Source: Mizuhopecten yessoensis (lineage: Eukaryota). Taken from it: a stretch of DNA of 64,000 nt. The notes beneath the pieces were generated by a model. It did no database searches and was not told the origin of the DNA. It saw only the letters and a program-made list of their open reading frames with translations. A program made the translations under genes and the position numbers. This document shows, piece after piece, positions 13,401 to 26,100 of the stretch (position 1 is its first letter; each line of letters begins with the position of its first letter). The stretch covers positions 344,005 through 408,004 of the forward strand of contig NW_018405900.1 of the NCBI RefSeq assembly GCF_002113885.1. The letters are read 5' to 3'.

Positions 13401-16400
13401 GTCAAAATGTATACATACACGGTAATTTATAACACCATGGATTTATAAGAAAATTAATTGTTTATTTTCTATTTTTCGTTAAGTTTATATTTCTTGTGTT
13501 TAAAATTTCATTGGGATAATAATTCATGGTTTTTATAAAACCACAAAATAAATCAAATTAAATCCCCAACGAAATATAATGCTTTTACAGTAATTAGGAT
13601 GTAATGAACACTTTCTAGGCACAGATGAGAGTGAAGAACACACCCAGTTAGAGAACTAGTCTGGTCATCAGACCCTTTCGGACCTGAACTGAAAAACCAC
13701 TAAAAGCAAGATTCTCAGTCATTGAGACGAGGCGAATGTGGTATGGGTTATGGCTTGTGACATTCAACGCTTAATATTCATTGAGTAATTATTATAAATA
13801 AAACCTTTCCACAAGAAACTGGAATATCTAGATAGTAGGTTTAAGGTTTTGTGTTTGAGCGACCGGTTAAAGAGAATTAAAGAGTCTTAGAACTTCAAAA
13901 TTGGATATATCATAGGTTTCAATATCTAACTGGTCACCTGTTTATAGTCAGCTGCGTAATATGCTATTAATGTCAACTACATTTGAGGGTAAAACAGCTT
14001 GTTGAGGGGGAGTTCATACATTCAAATGATGCTTTACATTTTAGCTGAAGAGGCCATTAGCAACACTAAATGGTACAGGTAGTAGGCTGCCACGATTACC
14101 AGTACCAAAAAGCTCCTCTCTGAGGATGCCTGTGCCATTGAAGAGAACGAGGAGTCCAGACGAGGTAAATAATTGAGTTAAAACAGGATTACCGCCAACA
14201 CTAGGTAAATAATAATGGAGTTAAAACATGATTACCACCAACACGAGGTAAATAATGGAGTTAAAACATGATCACCACCAACACAAGGTAAATAATGGAG
14301 TTAAAATATGATCAACACCAATACGAGGTATATAATGGAGTTAAAATATGATTACCCCCAACACTAGGTATATAATGGAGCTAAATATGATTACCACCAG
14401 CACGAGGTATATAATGGAGCTAAATATGATTACCACCAACACGAGGTATATAATTGAGTTAAAATATGATCACCACCAACACGAGGTAAATAATGGAGTT
14501 AAAACATGATTACCACCAACACGAGGTAAATAATGGAGTTAAAACATGATCACCCCCAACACAAGGTATATAATGGAGTTAAAACATGATCACCACCAAC
14601 ACGAGGTATATAATGGAGTTAAATATGATCACCACCAACACGAGGAATATAATGGAGTTAAATATGATTACCACCAACACGAGGAATATAATGGAGTTAA
14701 ATATGATTACCACCAACAAGAGGTATATAATTGAGTTAAAATATGATCACCACCAACACGAGGTAAATAATGGAGTTAAAATATGATTACCACCAACACT
14801 ATGTATATAATGGAGCTAAATATGATTACCACCAACACGAGGTATATAATTGAGTTAAAATATGATCACCACCAACACGAGGTAAATAATGGAGTTAAAA
14901 CATGATCACCCCCAACACAAGGTATATAATGGAGTTAAAACATGATCACCACCAACACAAGGTATATAATGGAGTTAAAACATGATCACCACCAACACAA
15001 GGTAAATAATGGAGTTAAAATATGATCACCACCAATACGAGGTATATAATGGAGTTAAAATATGATTACCTCCAACACTAGGTATATAATGGAGCTAAAT
15101 ATGATTACCACCAACACGAGGAATATAATGGAGTTAAATATGATTACCACCAACACAAGGTAAATAATGGAGTTAAAATATGATCAACACCAATACGAGG
15201 TATATAATGGAGTTAAAATATGATTACCCCCAACACTAGGTATATAATGGAGCTAAATATGATTACCACCAACACGAGGGATATAATTGAGTTAAAATAT
15301 GATCACCACCAACACGAGGTAAATAATGGAGTTAAAATATGATTACCACCAACACGAGGTATATAATGGAGTTAAATATGATTACCACCAACACAAGGTA
15401 AATAATGGAGTTAAAATATGATCACCACCAATACGAGGTATATAATGGAGTTAAAATATGATTACCACCAACACTAGGTATATAATGGAGCTAAATATGA
15501 TTACCACCAACACGAGGTATATAATGGAGCTAAATATGATTACCACCAACACGAGGTATATAATGGAGTTAAATATGATTACCACCAACACGAGGTAAAT
15601 AATGGAGTTAAAACATGATTACCACCAACACTAGGTAAATAATAGAGTTAAAACATGCAACACTAATGTACAGTTCACAAAAAATATAAATCTAAAATGA
15701 ATATTGATAGTTGCTTGAAATGATATTCAAATTGGTTCTAGCTTACATATTGCCCACCTTCTTAAATGACCTAAGCTATCAACAAGATGGTAAACAAAAT
15801 GAAACTAAAGCTGTAAGTATTTTCAAAAACATTTTTTACATGAACAGCCCATGCGCCCTAGGTAATGTGAGGTGGACGGCAACCATTAAGCTTCAAACTG
15901 TCCAATTAGTATAGTAAATGTCAATAGTAACAGTCAATCATGATTTTCTAGGATCGATCATAGTTTGAATTTAACATGAAAACTTTAAAGAGTTATTGAG
16001 ATTTGGAAAAGTCCTAAATAAAAAAATAAACTGATTGTGCTCATATCTTTTACTATAAATTCCCAACATTATCACATACCTGGTGATGCACAACACTGAT
16101 TTGACAACTCAAAAATCTATTAAGGATTATTGCAATACAAAATGTGGTTGTCATTGAGGTTACTGAAAGTGTAATCTTGGAACTTCTTAATCTATGAATT
16201 TGACATGTTCACTTACGGTTGTTTCTTCAGTTGCCATCAGAAAAAAGGATATGTCTGGAAAACCGATCCTCAACAGGTTCAAATTCAAGTTCCTGCAGTG
16301 TTTCCAGTGTAAGCTCACAAAAATCGGGATCAAATCTTCGATCCCAAACATCTGGATCAAGTCTCCGTTCACAAACATCGGGATCAAATTTACGAGCAAA

Positions 16401-17125
16401 CAAATATGTTTTGAATAAACCTAAAGCTGTGCCAGTGAAACCTCAACCCGCAACCAGGGCTGCTCCTTCCAGGACTGGACTGACAAGGTCTAATTCTGTT
16501 GTAGTAAAGTCAGCAATCAAACCTGGTAAGTTTTCACTAGATACAGTGTCTGGAAAAAACAGAGTGCTTCATCCCCAAATAATTTTCCTTTATCTCTATT
16601 GTGATATTGTTTCCATGATCTTTTGGTTCAATTTTCTTGTAGTCCGTTTAGGCATATAACATTGTCTATAACTGTCACTGGCTTAGGTGGAAATTGTTCA
16701 ATGCCTATGTTTTGCTAATTTTGGAATTATTATAAAAGGAATTGATAAGTTTATGTCATAATTATCACTTAATTATATATTGTGTATATGTATTTTATAA
16801 GCCAGTGATAAATATACTATGAGCCTTGAGTCCTTTACTCATAGACCTTTGATAAGATTCATAGAAGTTCTGAAAACACTTAAATTCAAAGTTGTGGGAT
16901 CCATTGTTTTTAGCAATACAATTGAAAAGGACACATGAAAATAAATTGTAAATTGCCCACTGTAAGCCCGCCAAAAGCTGAGCGTGTCAATGTTATTGCA
17001 TTGTCCATCCATTTACTTAACCTTGTGGCCACAAACATTCCCACAATTTTAACAGAATTTTTTGAGAATTTGTGTGTGATGAGAATGGAATGAAGATTTG
17101 CATGTGATATTATATATTAATGTGT

Positions 17126-17161
<36 letters not shown>

Positions 17162-20100
17162 ATATGCAATTATGCATGTATGAAGAGAAAAAAGGTAAAT
17201 GGAAGCCATTCTTATTTAACAAATTTGAAAACAATTTAACAAGAATGGGTTAATAAAGTAATTTCCTATTTCAACACATCTTATGAAATAATATAACACA
17301 AATGTAGTTGTTGGTTCATCTTGATGATGTTTATAATGAGCTGTTACCATCTGTTGTCATCTGTCGGTACTTTCAATATTGGTATCTGTGATGCAACGGC
17401 CTTAGAACATCTTCTACAACATTAACATTTGCCAAGGAAAACAAAATCTGTCAATACACAGGGCCACTTTGGGGTGCTTTGCAATACACTGAGTGATATT
17501 TGAATGTGAAATAGTAGTAATCATCTTTCTAAAGGATCAAAGGGTTAAAATTATGATATTTGGCCAGTATCTGGTGGCATTGAGTGCTTAAAAAAAAGAG
17601 TATTTAAAAAGTAATGACCTTGGCTCATATTCATGGTCACAAGGATCAAATTTGTTAAAAACACTCAAACTACATCTTCTGAAGAACAATAGACCTAGAG
17701 TAAAGATATATTGCAAGTAGATTGCTGGTATGGGGTATGAACTTGACACATATTCAATATCACACGGTCAAATTCGTCAAAAAATTTCTCCTGAAGAACC
17801 AAATGGCCTTAAGTCATGATAAATAGCCAGAAGCTTGCTGAAAAATAGTGATAGGAAGTTTGTGAAAAAGAAGGAAAGAAACATTAATTAAATCAGGTGA
17901 GCATATTCAGTCTTCACAGAAATGAAATTGCCAACACCCTGAATTTTGGACTTTTTTAATGAAATATTGGTATGCTTTTTGTGTAGTTGTTACAAGAACT
18001 ACAATGGTTTCCCGAGGAGGTCCACCTGCCTCAACCAGAAACAGGACAACAGGATCTTCTGGTCAGCAAGCACAAAAGGCTCCAGGTAATATACAGAACC
18101 TTCTGTTTTGCAAATCTTGAAGGCTCTAGGTAAAATAGTAACACATGACCATTTGGTCAGCAAGCACTGAAGCTTTTAAGCCTCTGGGTAATTTTCAGGA
18201 CCTTGTGATCAGCATAATAGTGATATAGTAGGAAGTTGTTGTAGAAGAAAAGACCTGTGAAGAGCTTGGTGAATTTAATTATGCTTTTTTCACCTACATA
18301 TGTAGGATCTTAACTTGAGTAAATGACAGCAACCTGCTGAAAATATAGTAAAAACAAACTTATTTGCATTTGAAAATTTTTCATTCAAGTCAATAGAAAA
18401 GCTGCCTTCATCTTCAAATAAATTAAGAGAGAATATGCTGAAAAGCTTTCTAGTTTTCTAAACAAGATCTGTCATTCATTTATTTAAACGTTTCACTGAC
18501 TGAATATATAATTCTTATCAGAAAGTAGTGTTGGTGGTGGTGGAGGGAAGAAGCGTCAAGCATGGGACTTAAAAGGGCGCTTACAGGACATGGAGTTAAT
18601 CCTCAGAGAGCAGAAAAGCTCCAGTTCTGATCTGATGATGCAACTCCAGAGCAACAATAACCGCATCTTCTCCTTGGAGAACCAGAACAGCCACCTTTCT
18701 GGTACAGTGGCCCAAAAGGAACAGGTTGCCACGGCTGCCTCTGAGGAGATTTCATTCCTAAAGAAACAGATCAGGTAAGACTAAATGTTATTATTACCCA
18801 ATAGTCTTTAAATTATGATTAGACGTTTTTGACCGTTTCTGTTTTAACATCATTTCATGCAGCATTGATACTAATATGTACATGTATTTGGTAATAAAAC
18901 AATTGTTTCAATGCTATTTGGGGAACAAAACTACCATCGCTCGGTAGGGTGGAACTGCATGTTTGCCAGGGCTTCCTCTACCTCAGGATGATAGATTTGA
19001 CTGTTCCCAAAATATCCATGAAACAATTGTATACTGTTTCCTTTTACATTTTTGTTGACCTATCACATCTTATACATCAGTACACAGTGAGAATAGGGGT
19101 GGAGTGATAGGGTCAATTTACAAGGAATACTGATCAGCATGTTATGTGTTAGTTTGGTTTTAACTGGAATCTGGGCAGTGTACACATTAGTAAAGTATGT
19201 TTTATTTATTTTTTTAGGGAAGAGGAAGAAAAGTTTGATGGTATAAGAAGAAAACTGCAGGGAGAAATCAGTGATCTGACTTTCTTGAAAGAAACACTAG
19301 ACCGTCAAAAGCAACAGTTAGATGGTGAAGTCACTGCTGCTAATGCCGAGATCAATGGCCTCAAGACGACTGTAGCTCAGATGACTTCTGCTCAAGCTGG
19401 CATGTCTGCTGAGTTAGAGGCAACAAAGGTGAAGAATGACAGTCACTATTAACTTTATCAAGCTCAGCAGGGACCATAAATTCATTGTAACAGGTTTTTA
19501 TATTCCTGATAAAATCCATGTGTTGGATTCTGTCAGGTGTTTCAGGTTTTAATCGTGTTACAAGTCTGTGTGTCAATCCTTGTCAGATGTTTTAGTGGTC
19601 AATTTACATTTAATACATCTTTTGGGATATTTGTGAGCCTTATCTTTACATTTTAAATCTTATCTTAAATGCAGATGTATGCTTGTTAATGTAGTCCATG
19701 TGATAAGTACTTACGATTAAGTGATCATATTAATCCAGTCTGATGTATATAATGAATATTGGCCATCATAGAAAATATTTTTTAACATCACTTCATCATA
19801 ATGTTTTCATTTCATTGTCAATAACGAGACATTTCCTACTACAGGTTTCACTGGAGGCTGCCATGAGAGAAGGCAGACAGAAGGATGAGGAGATACGCAG
19901 ACTAAAAGGAGTTGTCAGGTCACAAGAGGAGACCATTGAGGATTTCAATGCTAAGTTCAGGGAACATGAGACAGCACGGCGTAAACTCCACAACACCATA
20001 CAGGAGCTGAAGGTAATACAGAGCTTTATAATATTATATATACAACAGGGATTATGTAGTATGTAGGACAGACAAGGTGGATTAACTTTGTGACAGTTTT

Positions 20101-23100
20101 AATTTCCCAGTAACCTGCAAACACTACAGATTGAATTTTCTCGGGGCCACAAATTCAACAGTGTCCTACCACTTCGCTGTTTTTTCTCATGCTTTATACA
20201 GTGTTACCAGCCATTATAGCTTATCTGGATGTCAGATTTTGTTAAATAACAAATAATGTTTTATTGAAATATATGATAGAATTGATAATTTCAACGAGTT
20301 CATTGAAATTTAATCCTTTAATGTAACTATGATGTAGCACATGTCTGTCATTACAATGTTACAAGGCTAACATCTGTATGAAGGGTAACACTGCTACATT
20401 TACAGGGTAACATTCGTGTCTTCTGTCGTGTGCGCCCTCTTCTGGGGGACGAATGTTTGGGTAACAATGGAGACGTCCAGCACATGAACTTCCCTGACGT
20501 GGACCAAAAGGTCCTGGAGCTGGAGAAAATCGGAGACATGGCCATGAACGAGGTAAGATGCTGCTTCAATGTACAGTAATGATAGACATGATTTTTTTGT
20601 ATTAAAGGAACTAGGATACAGGTTGGTTTATATTTTGAAAAGGGAACTTCAAGTTGATAGAGTTGATAGTAAATCTTAACTATCTAAACTACTGTTGTCA
20701 GACATTTAAAAACAAGAAGTGATACTTTATATCCTGTTCAAAAAAGGTTGTGGTTAAGGTTGCTGAAATGTTGAGTAAGCAGCTTACTTTGAAAACTTCA
20801 GTTGATGATATTGTGTCATTGCAACAAGACAACAATTGCTTGTTTTCCATTGACTTAGTGTTATGACTTGCCACAGTGTTTTCCAATAACTTGGTATTAT
20901 GACTTGCCACATTTTTCAATGACATGATGTTACAACTTGCCACTGTTTTTCCTACATGACTTGTTATGACGCCTTGCTACAATGTCAATGTTTACAAAGG
21001 ACATGTCATGTAATGACTTGGTTTTTTTTTGTTTTAGAAGTTGGTTTCCTGAAGGGTATGAGTGTCAAACAGTGTCTGAATTCAGGCTGTCAACAGTTCT
21101 TTTTTTTTCATTGCTGTTGTTTCTAATTTTTAGAGTTGTCTGGCAGCAAGTCGACGAGGGAACAAATTTGAGTTTTCGTTTGACAGAGTTTTTCAACCAT
21201 CTTCTTCACAAGCTGAGGTGTTTGAAGAGATTTCACAATTAATACAGGTAAGTCATCACACATCACCCTAATTTATTATTTTAGTGCTGAGCTTTGTAAC
21301 TTATCTAAGATTTAATGATGCTGTTCATACTTCTTTGTTGGTGTTAACTAGTATTAGTAATCTTCTTGTTTACAGAAATCTGAAGTAAAGGTAATAAAAT
21401 GTATCATTGATAGATAATTTGATGGTAATGAATCTCCATTTGATTACATTTTATACGTCATTTTCTTGTTGGTCTTGTTTCTTAATGGTCATTTGGTGGG
21501 ATTTGTTGAAATAAAGGTGTAGTACATTGATACTACTGTTACATTAATTTTCATGTCTTCTATCTTGTGTATCTCATTCACAGAGTGCCCTAGATGGATA
21601 CAACGTATGTATATTTGCCTATGGACAAACAGGTTCCGGAAAAACCTATACCATGGAGGGAGGATCAGTTAATGATCCAGAAAGTCAGGGGATGATCCCT
21701 AGGGCTGTTGTTCAGATCTTCGAGAGCATTAAGGAGATGGAGGCAAAAGGATGGAAGGTAACCTTTCCCTGTATCACTATAACCATAAGCTTCCTGAAGT
21801 TATATTTGGCATCAGATCCAACTTAATTTGTTTGATCACTTTGTATACTTGTGTTTTTGTTTTATACACATAATTCTCTATAGTAAAATAATACAACTTT
21901 TTTATAACTGTTTAAATGATTTATTTATATTAAGTGGACTGGTCCAACATGTTGACAGGTTATTTTTTGGAAAGGTATAACAAATCAGATTCTGACATGG
22001 GTTTCAGCCACCATTTGTTTTGTTAGACCTTCAGCCAGATTTTCCCCCTGTCTTCTTTGCCTTTTAATAGCAATAGTCTGTCCGTTAGGTCCGACAAAGT
22101 GTATATTGCATTTAATTATAATGCCTACCCATTTAACATAGTTCTACCATTTGTAGCACAACTGCTATATTTTTGACTATCAACAGCATGAAAATTAACA
22201 GCCAATTTTCCTTTGGTTTGTTACAGTACAATATGGAGGCGTCTTTCCTGGAAATTTACAATGAAACAATCCGAGACCTGCTAGGGAATGGCAAAGATGA
22301 GCTCAAACATGAGATCAAGCTGACAGGAATGGGCAGTAATGATGTCATTGTGACTAACCTTACCCTTGTCACAGTGGAAACAGACACACAGGTATTGCAT
22401 TCTGGGTCACCTCTGTTATTGTCACGGACTAACCTTACCCTTGTCAAAGTGGAAACAGACACACAGGAATTACATTCTGGGTCACCACTGTTATTGTCAC
22501 TGACTAACCTTACCCTTGTCACAGTGGAAACAGACACACAGGTGTTACATTCTGGGTCACCACTGTTATTGTCACTGACTAACCTTACATTTGTCACAGT
22601 GGAAACAGACACACAGGTATTGCATTCTGGGTCACCACTGTTATTGTGACTGACTAACCTTACACTTGTCACAGTGGAAACAGAACACAGGTATTGCATT
22701 CTGGGTCACCACTGTTATTGTCACTGTGACTAACCTTACCCTCATCACAGTGGAAACAGACACACAGGTATTGCATTCTGGGTCACCACTGTTATTGTGA
22801 CTGACTAACCTTACACTTGTCACGGTGGAAACAGACACACAGGTATTGCATTCAGGGTCACCGCTGTTATTGTCACTGTGACTAACCTTACATTTGTCAC
22901 AGTGGAAACAGACATACAGGTATTACATTCTGGGTCACCACCGTTATTGTCACTGACTAACCTTATCCTCATCACCGTGGAAGCAGAACACAGGTATTAC
23001 ATTCTGGGTCACCACCGTTATTGTCACTGACTAACCTTATCCTCATCACCGTGGAAGCAGAACACAGGTATTACATTCTGGGTCACCACTGTTATTGTGA

Positions 23101-26100
23101 CTGACTAACCTTACACTTGTCACAGTGGAAACAGACACACAGGTGTTACATTCTGGGTCACCACTGTTATTGGCACTGACTAACCGTACCCTCGTCACAG
23201 TGGAAACAGACGCACAGGTATTACATTCTGGGGCACCACTGTTATTGTCACTGACTAACCTTCCCCTCCTCACAGTGGAAACAGAACACAGGGATTACAT
23301 TCTGGGTCACCACTGTTATTGTCCCTGACTAACCTTACCCTCAGCACAGTGGAAACAGAACACAGGTCTTACATTCTGGGTCACCACTGTAATTGTCACT
23401 GTGACTAACCTTACATTTGTCACAGTGGAAACATACATACAGGTATTACATTCTGGGTCACCGCTGTTATTGTCACTGACTAACCTTCCCCTCCTCACAG
23501 TGGAAACAGAACACAGGGATTACATTCTGGGTCACCACTGTAATTGTCACTGTGACTAACCTTACGGTGGAAACAGACACACAGGTATTACATTGTGGGT
23601 CACCACTGTTATTGTCACTCTGACTAACCTTACCCTCGTTACAGTGGAAACAGACACACAGGTATTAAATTCTGGGTCACCACTGTTATTGTGACTGACT
23701 AACCTTACACTTGTCACGGTGGAAACAGACACACAGGTATTAAATTCTGGGTCACCACTGTTATTGTGACTGACTAACCTTACACTTGTCACGGTGGAAA
23801 CAGACACACAGGTATTAAATTCTGGGTCACCACTGTTATTGTGACTGACTAACCTTACACTTGTCACAGTGGAAACAGAACACAGGTATTACATTCTGGG
23901 TCACCACCGTTATTGTCACTGACTAACCTTATCCTCATCACCGTGGAAGCAGAACACAGGTATTACATTCTGGGTCACCTCTGTTATTGTCACTGTGACT
24001 AACATTACCCTCGTTACAGTGGAAACAGACACACAGGTGTTACATTCTGGGTCACCACTGTTATTGTGACTGACTAACCTTACACTTGTCACGGTGGAAA
24101 CAGACACACAGGTATTGCGTTCAGGGTCACCGCTGTTATTGTCACTGTGACTAACCTTCCCCTCATCACAGTGGAAACAGAACACGGGTGTTGCATTCTG
24201 GGTCACCACTGTTATTGGCACTGACTAACCGTACCCTCGTCACAGTGGAAACAGAAGCACAGGTATTACATTCTTGGTCACCACTGTTATTGTCACTGAC
24301 TAACCTTATCCTCATCACCGTGGAAGCAGAACACAGGTATTACATTCTGGGTCACCACTGTTATTGTCACTAACTAACCTTACCCTCGTCACAGTGGAAA
24401 CAGACACACAGGTATTACATTTTGGGTCACCACTGTTATTGTCACTGTGACTAACCTTACCCTCGTTACAGTGGAAACAGACACACAGGTATTACATTCT
24501 AGGTCATCACTGTTATTGTCACTATGACTAACCTTACACTTGTCATAGCTCATATTGATGCAAACACATTATACTTAGGTTGCTCTAGTGAGTGTACAAA
24601 AATACAACTTCAGATTTCATATGTGTGGTAACTTTATCTTTACTGAGATATGATGTTCATAAGGAGGATATTCCTGATATGGTTGATTGTGATAAATGTC
24701 AATTAGAGTATGTTTATTCTTAAGTCTCAAATCTACAAACTGCAGCAAGTAGAGTATGTTTGAGGATAAAGTCACTAGATGATATAATTATAATCGTTTC
24801 TCACGAGTCAAATAGCTTATATTCCATAACACATATATCAAAGTGAAAGTAGTATTTAAGATGTGGGAAAATTCAATGTAAGACATGACAAAGTAATGCA
24901 AGCGTGATATTGACTGGTATTAATGTCATGCCACCCTTTAAAGCAGTTCAATAAAAATAAAACATACTTGCTTGGCATTGCTTTTCAGGTCAAAGGTCTA
25001 GATCATGGTGACATTTCTTTTTTTTATTTATTTATTTCAATCCAACAGCATAAGGCCCACTTACAGGGTGATAACAAATAACAGTTTACAATCAATTATA
25101 TATTACAATATCACAGACCCAATGTTAAATTATCAAACAATACAGACTATGTTTAATGAATTAAAAAAATATCTGTTTTATTTCTGTTTGAAACATTTAG
25201 TGATCCGCTAAAAAGACTACCTGGCTGAACATTGAGGAAGTTAAATTTTCTGACACCTAATTAAAACGCTGTTTTTCCTTATGTCCATACGACTCTTGGT
25301 GGGATAAAAAACGCACCATACAGCTGAACTTATGATACCTGTTTGGAACCATTAAATTGATTTGTTCAATAAAATATGGACAGTCGAACATACTGTTTTC
25401 ACACAAGAGGTGGTAAATTCAAATTTCTTCATAAGATAAAACATCACAGTCAATCTTTGCTTCAAAGCATGAACATTTTAAGAAATTTTCTCTCAGAACT
25501 ACTTCTAATTGATGTGCCAGAGTAGTTCGATATGGACACCGTATTTCACAAACATATTCTAGTTTGCTTTTGACCATACTAATATATAAAGAATGGATGA
25601 CAGATGTATCAGAAAAAAATCTACATGTATGTTTTAGGAAGCCAAATGTTTGCATTGCCTCGGATACCATTTTTTTTATGTGAAGATTAAAATTAAAAGT
25701 AGATGACATCCATAGGCCAAGGTTGTTGATACAAACAGAAAACTGTTGGGATTGCTTTTCAGATTCAAAAGTTAAGGTCACTGTTAGTATAAATAGTAAC
25801 TTGGCTTCTGTGTGACAACTCACTTGGCCAATATAATTCAAACTTCATAGACTGCATATACCAACCAAAAGTTCTTGCATGGAATTGCCTTTTAGCTTTA
25901 AAGGTCAAAGGTTAGGATCACCTACTGAAAATTGAGCATAACATTCTGAACCATACAAATATCTCAGCACAGTATCAGAAATCAAACCATTGTAGTGATC
26001 TACAATACTTAAGTATAGGTCATTGTTTGACACGCTATAACTATTTCCATAGATCACCTCTTTGCTGAAGAAAGCCTCACACAACAGAGCTGTTGCAGAG

